Source: Candidatus Pacebacteria bacterium CG_4_9_14_0_2_um_filter_40_15 (GTDB lineage: Bacteria; Patescibacteriota; Microgenomatia; UBA1400; PJMF01). From it: a DNA stretch of 64,000 nucleotides. The notes under the pieces were generated by a model that did no database searches, had not been told where the DNA came from, and saw only the letters and a list, made by a program, of their open reading frames with translations. Position numbers and translations under genes: made by a program. Below, piece after piece: positions 30,282 through 38,760 of this stretch (position 1 is the stretch's first letter; the number at the start of each line of letters is the position of its first letter). Where the stretch lies: contig PFRS01000008.1 of NCBI GenBank assembly GCA_002788675.1, forward strand, positions 3,233 through 67,232, written 5' to 3'.

Positions 30282-30519
30282 GCACATACAGATAGCAAAG
30301 AGACGCTCAGCAACACTTCGCTTCCTGCAGTGTCTCCACGGGGCTCTGTGGTGTCTTCAAGGTAACTTGTCGACACTGCAGAGCCTCTTTGCTATCTGTA
30401 TGTGCTCACTAGAGGATTAAAGATACGTAGAGCAACACTCAGCTGCCTACAGCGTCTCCACGGGCTCTATGGTGTGTTCAAGGTACCTTGTCAACACAGA
30501 AGAGCCTCTTTTTGTATCT
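30282..30519. repeat. Two tandem diverged copies of a structured ~90-120 nt element
   Basis: Cores at 30309-30397 and 30431-30519 align closely; copy 1 is closed by a perfect 21-bp inverted repeat (30282-30302/30385-30405). Confidence 0.85.
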
Positions 30520-30576
30520 CTTTTGTCTTCACAATGAGTAGTATTAGCTTTTTAATGAGTAGTGATACGAAAAGTA

Positions 30577-30605
30577 AATGAGCCTGGCATTTTGCCAGGC
30601 TCATT
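30577..30605. terminator. Hairpin between convergent groEL and M48 peptidase genes
   Basis: AATGAGCCTGGCA-ttt-TGCCAGGCTCATT. Confidence 0.75.
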
Positions 30606-30615
30606 ACATATAGAT

Positions 30616-32040
30616 TTATAAAACGAAGAACAGACTGGCAATGCCAGCTGCAACAAAAAGAATTGTTGCAATAGCGCTTGCCGTCAGCAGTAATTTAGTT
30701 AGAGCAGTCTTTTTAACAAGACCAAAACCAACTAAAGCAGCTGCTAAACCACCGACTGGCCAGTATCCAACACCAAGTTGTTTGGCAGTTAAAAGTAATG
30801 TTGCTCCCCCCAGTAGGGCGAGAATGGCCATTACAATAAAGCCAACAACTAATATAACTGCCGGATTTGCATCGGCAGTATTTGGTGAATCAATTGTGAA
30901 AGGATGGGTAACCAATTGGTACACCAATCCAATAAATAAGGGGCCTACCAAATAAAGTGCGGGCAAGCCAAACACACTCAATTGGTCGTTGGGCAGGATG
31001 TGACTAATTCCTAAGAACCAGACAACACCCAAAGCCGCTGTGATCAACCAGAATTCGAGCGTATCTTCAATGAGTCCCTCACTCCCGTTCATTAGGAAGC
31101 GAATCGTCTTTACTCGTGTCACGAGAAGGGGGTGATTCTCAAACAGATTCACAAACTGCCAATAGAGGCCAGTATGTAATTTTTTCTGTTTCGGATGAAG
31201 CATTGCTGTAATTATTACCAAGGCTTCAACTAGTTCTTCACCATACCCGTTAATCACAGCAAACGAATCTGCCATGATTTCTCGTTGACGACTGGCAAAA
31301 TTCACCAATACTGAAATAAAGACTTGTGCAGCCTTTGTGATCAGCCATACATCTAAGTACAGCCTGTATACTGGCAGCGAACTACCGTTATACATCGTCA
31401 CTGCTGCAGGACCTTTGGTGAAGATAGCAATCACACCATACCAGACCGCTAAAAATAGCGCCATTCGGCTTGCTGTTTTAACAGCCGATTGAATGGTGAC
31501 CCCTACCAGGAGTAGGGGCAAGTCATTATTTTTCTGATGGCCAAGCTCATGCAGAGCCACTGCCACTGCTTGACGCGTGTTAAGTGCGCCCAGTAGTTTT
31601 TCAGAAAAAACGACAATCGATTTGTTTATGCCACCTGTGAAGGCAGTAATGCCATCGTCCAGGATCCCAAAAGTGGTATTTTCACCATTTTGAATGATAA
31701 AACTGTTCAAAGTGGTTTCAATACGACTTCTAGGATTGTAATCTCTCATTCCCTTGGTACTTTTGAAGGCATCTTGTGCCTTCGTTGTGCTGTACCAGTT
31801 TACGAAAAAAATAAATATTGCCACATAACTAATTGTATTTCCCCAAAGAGGGATCGTAACCTTGGTTACGAAACCATAGAAGAAAACGATTGTTAAAACC
31901 ACGGCTATTAAACTAAATGCTGTGGCTTGTTTGTGTTTCTTCGAAAAAACTGCGAATAATTGTTTTTTGTTTTTAATCTCATTCGTGTTCAAGAGTTTCT
32001 CTCCTGTGCCAAAGGCACCTAATAAGATGTGCCGAGGCAC
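30616..32040 (-). CDS. M48 (HtpX-like) membrane zinc metalloprotease with extra C-terminal TM helices; start uncertain
   Basis: ALHELGHQKNND (HExxH), SRQREIMADSFA, NHPLLVTRV. Confidence 0.8.
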   Translation of the reverse strand: MPRHILLGAFGTGEKLLNTNEIKNKKQLFAVFSKKHKQATAFSLIAVVLTIVFFYGFVTKVTIPLWGNTISYVAIFIFFVNWYSTTKAQDAFKSTKGMRDYNPRSRIETTLNSFIIQNGENTTFGILDDGITAFTGGINKSIVVFSEKLLGALNTRQAVAVALHELGHQKNNDLPLLLVGVTIQSAVKTASRMALFLAVWYGVIAIFTKGPAAVTMYNGSSLPVYRLYLDVWLITKAAQVFISVLVNFASRQREIMADSFAVINGYGEELVEALVIITAMLHPKQKKLHTGLYWQFVNLFENHPLLVTRVKTIRFLMNGSEGLIEDTLEFWLITAALGVVWFLGISHILPNDQLSVFGLPALYLVGPLFIGLVYQLVTHPFTIDSPNTADANPAVILVVGFIVMAILALLGGATLLLTAKQLGVGYWPVGGLAAALVGFGLVKKTALTKLLLTASAIATILFVAAGIASLFFVL

Positions 32041-32153
32041 GGAAAAAGAAAAATTTAAAATCTATATGTTAAGGATGAGTATTTCGCTACAAAAATTACG
32101 AGCAAAATAACAACCTATAGTATATAACAAAAGGGATGAAAAGTCAATGATTT

Positions 32154-32765
32154 TTAGTCGAGTAGTGAAATGCCAAAGTAATTCATTTTTACAGCATTTT
32201 TTTCAACGCGGTATGAATGATATTCATCGCAAAGACATTGAGTACAGTCGCCATTTACAATTATTTTTAGATTTTCAGCGGGAGAAACAGCGTATGCTTG
32301 TCGCATGTTTTCTGAGATTAAGTTGTAATGGGTATTGTTGTCTCGATCAATTTGATAGCAAGATTCACAAATCGCTGGACCAAACCAAAGCGAAATATCG
32401 GAATGAATATTTTTTTCTTCTTTTAAGTAGGTTAACACTTTTGCAAGCAGTTGCTGCTCGGTGGATTTCCTGCCTGCATGCAGTGCGCCCACAACACCAG
32501 ATGGGTGGTAGAGCAGGATGGGAAGACAGTCCGCTGTTTTAACAGTGAGCAACAGTTCAGGATTGTTGGTGAGTACACCATCTACATGGGGAATGGTTTT
32601 GCTTGGTACTTCAGAAATGAATGTAAAGTTGCTTTTGTGTACCTGTTCCATTGTAACGGGGACTTTTTTGTGGTTTGAGGCAAATGCTTCTATGTCTGTA
32701 AATGATCCCCACTTATTAGTTCTAATGCTAGAGGTCTCATTCTGATTAAAAAAATTGTATTGCAT
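32154..32765 (-). CDS. YfiH/PgeF (laccase-domain) family protein
   Basis: QVH, DGVLTN, TADCLPILL, LHAGRK, GPAICESCY, HSYR. Confidence 0.9.
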   Translation of the reverse strand: MQYNFFNQNETSSIRTNKWGSFTDIEAFASNHKKVPVTMEQVHKSNFTFISEVPSKTIPHVDGVLTNNPELLLTVKTADCLPILLYHPSGVVGALHAGRKSTEQQLLAKVLTYLKEEKNIHSDISLWFGPAICESCYQIDRDNNTHYNLISENMRQAYAVSPAENLKIIVNGDCTQCLCDEYHSYRVEKNAVKMNYFGISLLD

Positions 32766-32801
32766 GTTGTTGTATTGTAACTGAATGATGGAAAAGTGAA
32801 A

Positions 32802-32824
32802 ACGCCCCCTGTAGTAGGGGGCGT
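32802..32824 (-). terminator. Intrinsic terminator after small ORF
   Basis: ACGCCCCCT-gtagt-AGGGGGCGT with a T-rich tail on the minus strand. Confidence 0.7.
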
Positions 32825-32844
32825 AGTAGGCTCTTTATTTTGAA

Positions 32845-33033
32845 TTAGTCTTTCCAGTCTTGATTTGTGTCCTGATTTTCCTTTTGTTTATAAATCAGGC
32901 GCCACCAGTATACGCGATCTCTGGATTCTGCATATCCTGGGTGACTCTTTCCTTTTGGTGGTTTATTACGACCAACAAAGAGTAAAAACAAGAACAAGAG
33001 TGCAAGACCAATCAGTGTGTAGGTAACAAACAT
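32845..33033 (-). CDS. Small single-TM hypothetical protein
   Basis: 62 aa, N-terminal TM, GAAGGA upstream, terminator downstream. Confidence 0.55.
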   Translation of the reverse strand: MFVTYTLIGLALLFLFLLFVGRNKPPKGKSHPGYAESRDRVYWWRLIYKQKENQDTNQDWKD

Positions 33034-33238
33034 TTCAATATTCCTTCAGGGGTGGTCGTGGTGACCGTCCTGATTGAATTGGTTCTGTTCCAAGTTGAAC
33101 AGCAAACTATACACAATATGTACACTTTGCTATTCAACAGTACCTACCTTAAAGAACTTAGACCTATAGTATACAATGACTGAGTAATAAAGTCAATGAG
33201 GTTCTGTTTGAGAGTTAAGATAACTTGGGGAAAAAGTG

Positions 33239-33312
33239 TAGCAAGGGAGAGATTTGAACTCTCGACCTTCGGTTTATGAATCCGATGCTCTAACCAGCTG
33301 AGCTACCTTGCC
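33239..33312 (-). tRNA. tRNA with CAT anticodon (probably elongator Met; Ile2 not excluded)
   Basis: Reverse complement GGCAAGGTAGCTCAGCTGGTTAGAGCATCGGATTCATAAACCGAAGGTCGAGAGTTCAAATCTCTCCCTTGCTA folds as a cloverleaf; CCA not encoded. Confidence 0.9.
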
Positions 33313-33440
33313 ACGTATGGTATGTTTATTGCAGTTTTGCAACTGTCATTTCCAACAGAGTCTAATTATATCAGACTTTTGACTTCAATAAAGATCTGAT
33401 GTATACTAACGCTCTGCTTGGGCAAGGCAGAAACAATACG

Positions 33441-33509
33441 CGCGGGATAGTGTACGGTGCACGTGAGGCTCATAATCTCACAGGCTGGGTTCGACTCCCA
33501 GTCCCGCAA
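33441..33509 (+). tRNA. Atypical initiator-like tRNA-Met (CAT)
   Basis: CGCGGGA/TCCCGCA acceptor with C1:A72 mismatch, CTCATAA loop, CTGGG-TTCGACT-CCCAG T arm; 69 nt. Confidence 0.82.
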
Positions 33510-33655
33510 CATAAAAATAAGAAAACTCACGAAAGTGGGTTTTTTTATTTTTATGTTGTGAATACATGTGAGTTGCTTGGCAAAGCCAAGAGAATCTGAT
33601 CGAGCTTCCGCGAGGGAATGTCCGGAGCATGGGCGGAGGATCCAGTCCCGCAACA
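33498..33655 (+). repeat. 14-bp direct repeat of the tRNA 3' end, each copy followed by a terminator
   Basis: CCAGTCCCGCAACA at 33498-33511 and 33642-33655. Confidence 0.8.
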
Positions 33656-33853
33656 ATATAAAAATGAGACGACAAAAGTCGTCTTTTTTTTATAGTGTTA
33701 TGAAGAATTTGAGATTGCTGCGAATCTGGTTCAACACTCATCTTCCTATGCAGATTTTGTCGTTCAACAGCAGTAATAACTATTTGAGCTTGCTCAGTAA
33801 TAATCTTTTCTGCTATTCTGAACAAAGTACTACATATTATATATTTTTTCTCT

Positions 33854-35809
33854 ATGCCAAAAGCCTCTCCCAAGCGAAAGACAACGCTAAGACGATCTCC
33901 AAAAGGATCGTACAAACGGTTTAAGTTATTTACTGTTAAGAACATTCTTATAGCTATTGTTATTGGAATTGTTACTATTGGTGGTGCAGCAGCTTTTGCA
34001 CTTTCACAGATGAATCAAGATGGACGAAGTCAAGCATCTGAAAGTTGTGATGGTTTTGGAAAAAGTGATTGTCAGTCAACTTCTGGATGTAGTTGGAGAG
34101 ATACAGTGTACAAGTGCTCGAATTATGAGGGTGATAGTTGTCCTTCTGAGTGCACAAAAAGAACTGTGACAGAGTGTACAGGTAAATATGCTTGTAGACC
34201 TATCCCGGGTGCACTATGTGATTGTGATACGAATGCATGTAACGAGCATAAGTCAGGTTGTTCACCTAAGCGTGTAACCACCTGTGAAGGTGGCTCATTT
34301 ACACGTTCAAATTCTGGATCTTGCTCTGGTCGTATATCTGGTGGTGGAGGCGGTACAACTCCTCCAGCACCTCCATCAACAGGCGGCGGAGGTGGTACAA
34401 CTCCACCAGCCCCTCCCTCAACTGGTGGAGGCGGTAATTCTGGTGGCGGATCTGGAGGAGGCGGTAACTCCGGCGGTGGAGGAAATTCCGGCGGTGGCGG
34501 TGGAGGCACAAGCAGTGGTTCACAACCAAAAGGGTACTTTGATAATGTAGCAAATAATAAAGCTCAGGGTTGGGCATGTGACCCAGATGATTTTTCAAGG
34601 CCTTTAGATATTCATTTTTATGTAGATGGAACTCCAGGTCAAGGAACGTACATTGGTAAAACAACAGCTACTGTAGGAAGAGAAGCAGGTGTGGGTAATG
34701 AGTGTGGTGGACGTTCTGCCAGTGGTTTTGCATTTGATATTCCAACACAATATCTTTCTACACCAACTGTTCAAAATCGCAAGATATATGCGTATGCAAT
34801 AGATATTGGTCCAGGAGCAAATGCTGAAAGTAACAAGCATTTATCTAAGTCTCCATTATCATTTACTACACAGGTAGTTGATACAACACCTCCAGCAGGA
34901 ACATACAGTGCTGCATGTTCTCCAGCTGCGGGCCAAACAAAGGGTGACTTGCGATACAAACTCGAGGTTTCAGGTACTACTCCAAAGAATATTGGGTCAG
35001 TAGTGTACTTCCTGGGATTCTACGGAAATCAACACAGTAAAGCATTAACTGATGACTTTTTAGGTAAACCTACCTGGTCAGAAACGTGTCATGATCAAGC
35101 ATGGTGTGGATACTGGTTGAAGCAAGTGAATGATCCAAACCCAGGCGCGAATGAAACAATTTCTTGGGTATGGGATGGCAGTCACACAGTTTCATATAAG
35201 GGTGGTGGTGTTGGGCACGGTGTCACAATAAATGAGCTTGCCGACAAGATAGCACAACTCAAAGCTCAAGGGAAACTGCCTGCAAATTATAAATTGGCTG
35301 TGCATGCAGAGTATAGAATGCTGGATGGATCAAAGTATAAGTTTGCTGGGAAAGATACGCAGCTACTCGATATTGTTCCAACTGCTTGCGGAGCTAGCGC
35401 TGGGACTTCAGGTCCTATTCCAGTTTCAATAATGGCACGAGGCACTTTAGCAGGTGGAGCGTATCCAATTATGGAGCTAAGACACTCTGGTACAAAGGTA
35501 GCTAGTTGGTCAGTGACCAATGCATTTAAGAATTACACAGCAGAAATAGCCCCTGGAACAAAAGTATCTGAATTAACAGTAAACTTCGTGAATGATCACT
35601 ATGATTCAAATGCGAAGCAAGATAGAAATCTAGAAGTAGACTATCTTAAGTTTGGCAGTACTGTGTACCAGTCTGAGTCGAGTAACACATTCTCACAAGG
35701 AACATGGGCAAGTGGCAGCTGTGCTCCAGGTAATAAGCAGAGTCAGTGGTTGCACTGTAATGGATTCTTCCAGTATGCAGGATCGGTAGGATTACCTCCA
35801 GCTCCATAA
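33854..35809 (+). CDS. Membrane-anchored surface protein: Cys-rich domain, Gly/Pro linker, Ig-like domain, C-terminal CBM60-like module
   Basis: TM near aa 31-50; Cys cluster; PKGYFD...GWACDPD; FVND...DRNLEVDYL. Confidence 0.75.
   Translation: MPKASPKRKTTLRRSPKGSYKRFKLFTVKNILIAIVIGIVTIGGAAAFALSQMNQDGRSQASESCDGFGKSDCQSTSGCSWRDTVYKCSNYEGDSCPSECTKRTVTECTGKYACRPIPGALCDCDTNACNEHKSGCSPKRVTTCEGGSFTRSNSGSCSGRISGGGGGTTPPAPPSTGGGGGTTPPAPPSTGGGGNSGGGSGGGGNSGGGGNSGGGGGGTSSGSQPKGYFDNVANNKAQGWACDPDDFSRPLDIHFYVDGTPGQGTYIGKTTATVGREAGVGNECGGRSASGFAFDIPTQYLSTPTVQNRKIYAYAIDIGPGANAESNKHLSKSPLSFTTQVVDTTPPAGTYSAACSPAAGQTKGDLRYKLEVSGTTPKNIGSVVYFLGFYGNQHSKALTDDFLGKPTWSETCHDQAWCGYWLKQVNDPNPGANETISWVWDGSHTVSYKGGGVGHGVTINELADKIAQLKAQGKLPANYKLAVHAEYRMLDGSKYKFAGKDTQLLDIVPTACGASAGTSGPIPVSIMARGTLAGGAYPIMELRHSGTKVASWSVTNAFKNYTAEIAPGTKVSELTVNFVNDHYDSNAKQDRNLEVDYLKFGSTVYQSESSNTFSQGTWASGSCAPGNKQSQWLHCNGFFQYAGSVGLPPAP
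34340..34423 (+). repeat. 42-bp coding tandem duplication (GGGGGTTPPAPPST x2)
   Basis: 34340-34381 and 34382-34423 encode the same peptide with synonymous differences. Confidence 0.85.
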
Positions 35810-35831
35810 ATCGTTTGGCAATTGTATATTC

Positions 35832-35860
35832 AAAATACCCCGACATGGTCGGGGTATTTT
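35832..35860. terminator. Bidirectional intrinsic terminator
   Basis: AAAATACCCCGAC-atg-GTCGGGGTATTTT. Confidence 0.85.
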
Positions 35861-35897
35861 ATTGATATTTTGTGTTTAATCAAGGTCGTAGTAAAAC

Positions 35898-36254
35898 CTA
35901 GAACAGTATTTCAAGCCACTTCTCTTGATTAGATTGTGTCTTTGTGGTTGTTATATCTGTATCGATTACCTCTATTTCTGGTACAGCAAGTTGCACAATG
36001 TACTCACCTTCTTTTTGTAAAAGAAGTTCATCGCGTACAATTCTTTCTTTATATTCTGCACTTTTTGACTGTTCGAGTTCTTCTTGAAGGGACTGCACTT
36101 CTTTGGAAGCCTGGTACGCCTTTTCCTCTAGTACAGCTATCTCTTGAGATGATTGCTCAGTTTTGTTTCCGGTTTGTCTGAGAGAGTAGAAAAACAGTAC
36201 AAATAGAACACTTGCTATGACTAAAGTAATAGGGTGTTCAAGTAGTTTTGTCAT
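35898..36254 (-). CDS. Septum formation initiator (FtsB/DivIC-like)
   Basis: TM, coiled coil, EYKERIVRDELLLQKEGE. Confidence 0.78.
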   Translation of the reverse strand: MTKLLEHPITLVIASVLFVLFFYSLRQTGNKTEQSSQEIAVLEEKAYQASKEVQSLQEELEQSKSAEYKERIVRDELLLQKEGEYIVQLAVPEIEVIDTDITTTKTQSNQEKWLEILF

Positions 36255-36404
36255 TGCATGAAATCCGCACTTATGATATTATAAGACTCCTCAGAAAGAT
36301 GTGACAGTTTATAACAATAAATTTTCATTCTTACAACCATTTTCAGAGGACAACCAAAGTATAGCAAAGTATTAACGAAAATAGAAATAAAAGGCACACT
36401 GTTT

Positions 36405-37271
36405 ATGCAAAAGACACTCTCTGATGCTCACGCGCTCTTTACCCAAAATCTTAAGGATTCTGGTAAGGCTCATGCTACCGTGATTGCATATAGTAAAGAT
36501 ATTGAACAACTCGTTGAATTTGTTGGTAAAAAGGGCAAAGGAAACATCGATGAAGTTTCTGATACCGATATTAACGAATTTAAAGAATTGCTCAAAAAGC
36601 AACGTTACACTGGTAAATCTATCTCAAGAAAAATTAATTCAATTAAAGCTTTCTTTAGATTCTGTATTGGTCAAGGAATGATCAACGATAACCCAGCTGA
36701 AGTAATTACACATCCAAAATACGAAATCACTCCACCTCGAGTTCTATCTCGAATTGAGTACCGCGCATTGCGCGATGCTTGCCGAGGAGATGCTCGTATG
36801 TATGCTGTTGTTGAGTTACTGCTTCAAACAGGTATGCGCATTTCTGAATTAGCAGCTCTCCAAATTGGTGAAGTTGACTTCGATCGCAATGTTCTTATCA
36901 TTAAAGCTCAAAACTCTCGTGAAGCACGTAAAGTGCCTCTAAATGAAGCTGGCAAGAACGCGCTCATGGATTACCTCCAAGTTCGCCCACGAGCCCGAGA
37001 AAAGACCGTTTTCCTTACGAAAACATGCCGACCATTCTTGGTTCGCAACATTCGTACCGCCATCGATAGATACTTCCGTTTAGCAGGTATTAAAGAAGCA
37101 AAGGTCAACGACCTTCGCCACACTTTTATAGTTGAACAACTTAAAGCTGGAACGCCACTTGTGTACGTTTCACAATTAGTTGGTCACAAAAGAATTACCA
37201 CTACCGAAAAATATCTCAAGCTTATTGAAGCTCCAGATATGACTCCAAATATTCAAATTGAAGAGTTGTAA
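36405..37271 (+). CDS. XerC/XerD-like tyrosine recombinase
   Basis: TVIAYSKDI, SISRKINSIKAFF, TGMRISE, NDLRHTF, LVGHKRITTTEKY. Confidence 0.9.
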   Translation: MQKTLSDAHALFTQNLKDSGKAHATVIAYSKDIEQLVEFVGKKGKGNIDEVSDTDINEFKELLKKQRYTGKSISRKINSIKAFFRFCIGQGMINDNPAEVITHPKYEITPPRVLSRIEYRALRDACRGDARMYAVVELLLQTGMRISELAALQIGEVDFDRNVLIIKAQNSREARKVPLNEAGKNALMDYLQVRPRAREKTVFLTKTCRPFLVRNIRTAIDRYFRLAGIKEAKVNDLRHTFIVEQLKAGTPLVYVSQLVGHKRITTTEKYLKLIEAPDMTPNIQIEEL

Positions 37272-37288
37272 TCTTAAAATGAACTAAA

Positions 37289-37360
37289 GAAAAAGGCAGC
37301 CTATGGCTGCCTTTTTTAGTGGGTGAACAAAAAACAGGCCGTGTGATACGGCCTGTTTTT
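37289..37360. terminator. Two adjacent intrinsic terminators between convergent genes
   Basis: AAAAAGGCAGCC-tat-GGCTGCCTTTTTT and AAAAACAGGCCGT-gtgat-ACGGCCTGTTTTT. Confidence 0.85.
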
Positions 37361-37375
37361 ACATTTTAAGAGAAA

Positions 37376-37711
37376 CTAAAAAGTGAGTAGTGCGACAACT
37401 GCGTCGCAGTGCTCACTAAAGACCTTTCTTGTTGAGACGGTCAGTTCGTTCATGAAGATTTCAAAGAGCCTAGCTGCTGTGTTTAATAGCCGTCTTATAT
37501 TTTTGCAGGCGTGGTTTACAACTGGCATTGATTCATATTCATAAGCTTGGAGCAATTCCTCAACTTCTGAGAGAACTGCAGTCACCTGTACATTTACACG
37601 ACAAACTTGAACTTCGTCCAAGTAGTTCATATTCTGAACAAGCGCAGCGGCTGTTGCAAATGAAATCCTCATTGAAAACAAAAATTCATTTATTTCATTA
37701 TCAAGATTCAT
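37376..37711 (-). CDS. Hypothetical helical protein
   Basis: GGAG before ATG 37711; consensus promoter upstream and terminator downstream. Confidence 0.6.
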   Translation of the reverse strand: MNLDNEINEFLFSMRISFATAAALVQNMNYLDEVQVCRVNVQVTAVLSEVEELLQAYEYESMPVVNHACKNIRRLLNTAARLFEIFMNELTVSTRKVFSEHCDAVVALLTF

Positions 37712-37806
37712 GATTTTTCTCCAAAAATGTAAAGAGCAAGTGTTAATCAAAACACTTGCTCTTTAATAAAAATAAAAAAAAGAAGTGTCTAAAATTAAGC
37801 ACACTT

Positions 37807-37857
37807 ATTATATCCCATAATATTGTTATTGTCAATCAAGACGGACTCTGATATACT
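37807..37857. promoter_or_regulatory. Overlapping divergent sigma70-type promoters
   Basis: Minus strand TTGACA-N17-TATAAT (37835 to 37807); plus strand TTGTCA-N17-TATACT (37829-37857). Confidence 0.75.
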
Positions 37858-37863
37858 ATCCAC

Positions 37864-37911
37864 ATGAACACAACAAAATCATTTCTAAATAAGAATTGGT
37901 GGACTTCCTAA
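37864..37911 (+). CDS. Trp attenuator leader peptide MNTTKSFLNKNWWTS
   Basis: ATG AAC ACA ACA AAA TCA TTT CTA AAT AAG AAT TGG TGG ACT TCC TAA; tandem Trp codons upstream of the trpS operon. Confidence 0.85.
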   Translation: MNTTKSFLNKNWWTS

Positions 37912-37979
37912 ACTAAGGGAGTTTGTTTTGTTGTCGTTTAATTTCACCAGATCAGCTCCCGTTCGGGAGCATTTCTTTT
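37903..37979 (+). promoter_or_regulatory. Transcription attenuator (1:2, 2:3 and 3:4 hairpins)
   Basis: ACTTCCT/AGGGAGT; GGGAGTT/AGCTCCC; GCTCCC-gttc-GGGAGC followed by ATTTCTTTT. Confidence 0.85.
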
Positions 37980-38019
37980 ATGTTTAGCTCCTACTTATAA
38001 AAAGTTTAGGAAAAAACAA

Positions 38020-38760
38020 ATGAAAAATACCACATGTATTGGAATACTGGGTGGCGTTGGTCCACAAGCTACCGAGTATTTGTATAAAAAACTAATAAGT
38101 GGAGCAGTGCTACAACATGGCGTTCGCGAGAACCATGAGTTTCCGCGCGTCTTGATTATTTCGGAACCGGTGATTGATTTTATCTCTTCAAAAGAACACT
38201 TGCCCAAGGCAAGAAAACAGGTGCTGGCTGCTGTGGAACGGCTTATTTTAGGCGGGGTATCGCATCTGGCTATTGCAAGTAATACAGTCCATCTTTTGGC
38301 TGAAGAAGTTTCAGAAATCTGCCACGAGCATGGAGTGGAATTTATTTCGATGCTCGAAGCAGTAGCACGATACTGCAGGCAGTGTGGATACACCTCAGTT
38401 GGGTTGCTTGGCAGTCCAGTAACACTTAGCTCAAACCTGTATGACACAGCGCTTCACAAGGAAAAAATTCGGGTAATAAAGCCAAGTGAAGGAGATTATC
38501 CAGAATTAGGATGTATAATAAAAAAGGTAATTGCAGATAAAGTTACAAGTGCGGATGAAAAAAAATTTGTCTCACTTCTAATACAGGTCGCATCTGAGTG
38601 TGACGCAGTTATTTTGGGCTGTACAGAACTTCCGGTGCTCGCTACAGCGCTGCAGCTTTCAACACCAGTAGTTGATACCAGCAGCATCTTGGCAGAAGTG
38701 CTTCTAGAAAAATACTTCGGTACAACAAAACAAACGACTACAAAGGAACAACAATCATGA
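38020..38760 (+). CDS. Aspartate/glutamate racemase family protein
   Basis: IGILGGVGPQAT, AIASNTVH, VGLLGS, ILGCTELP. Confidence 0.88.
   Translation: MKNTTCIGILGGVGPQATEYLYKKLISGAVLQHGVRENHEFPRVLIISEPVIDFISSKEHLPKARKQVLAAVERLILGGVSHLAIASNTVHLLAEEVSEICHEHGVEFISMLEAVARYCRQCGYTSVGLLGSPVTLSSNLYDTALHKEKIRVIKPSEGDYPELGCIIKKVIADKVTSADEKKFVSLLIQVASECDAVILGCTELPVLATALQLSTPVVDTSSILAEVLLEKYFGTTKQTTTKEQQS

Noticed and set aside
30282-30519. Possible CRISPR array
   Set aside because: Only two long diverged units, no short identical repeats with unique spacers, and no cas genes.
33366-33945. ORF-track ORFs 33366-33656, 33399-33599, 33478-33945 and 33568-33924
   Set aside because: They overlap the tRNA, terminators and repeat; spurious translations.
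34123-34509. Poly-proline ORF on the minus strand
   Set aside because: Antisense shadow of the Gly-rich linker in the 33854-35809 gene.
33498-37271. Integrative element from the tRNA to the recombinase
   Set aside because: The tRNA-end repeat encloses only ~130 bp; no third copy was seen beyond the recombinase, and an ftsB-like housekeeping gene lies between.
37810-37837. dif-like site (ATATCCCATAA-TATTGT-TATTGTCAATC) near the Xer-like gene
   Set aside because: The XerD-side arm matches poorly and the sequence is fully explained by a consensus TTGACA-N17-TATAAT promoter on the minus strand.
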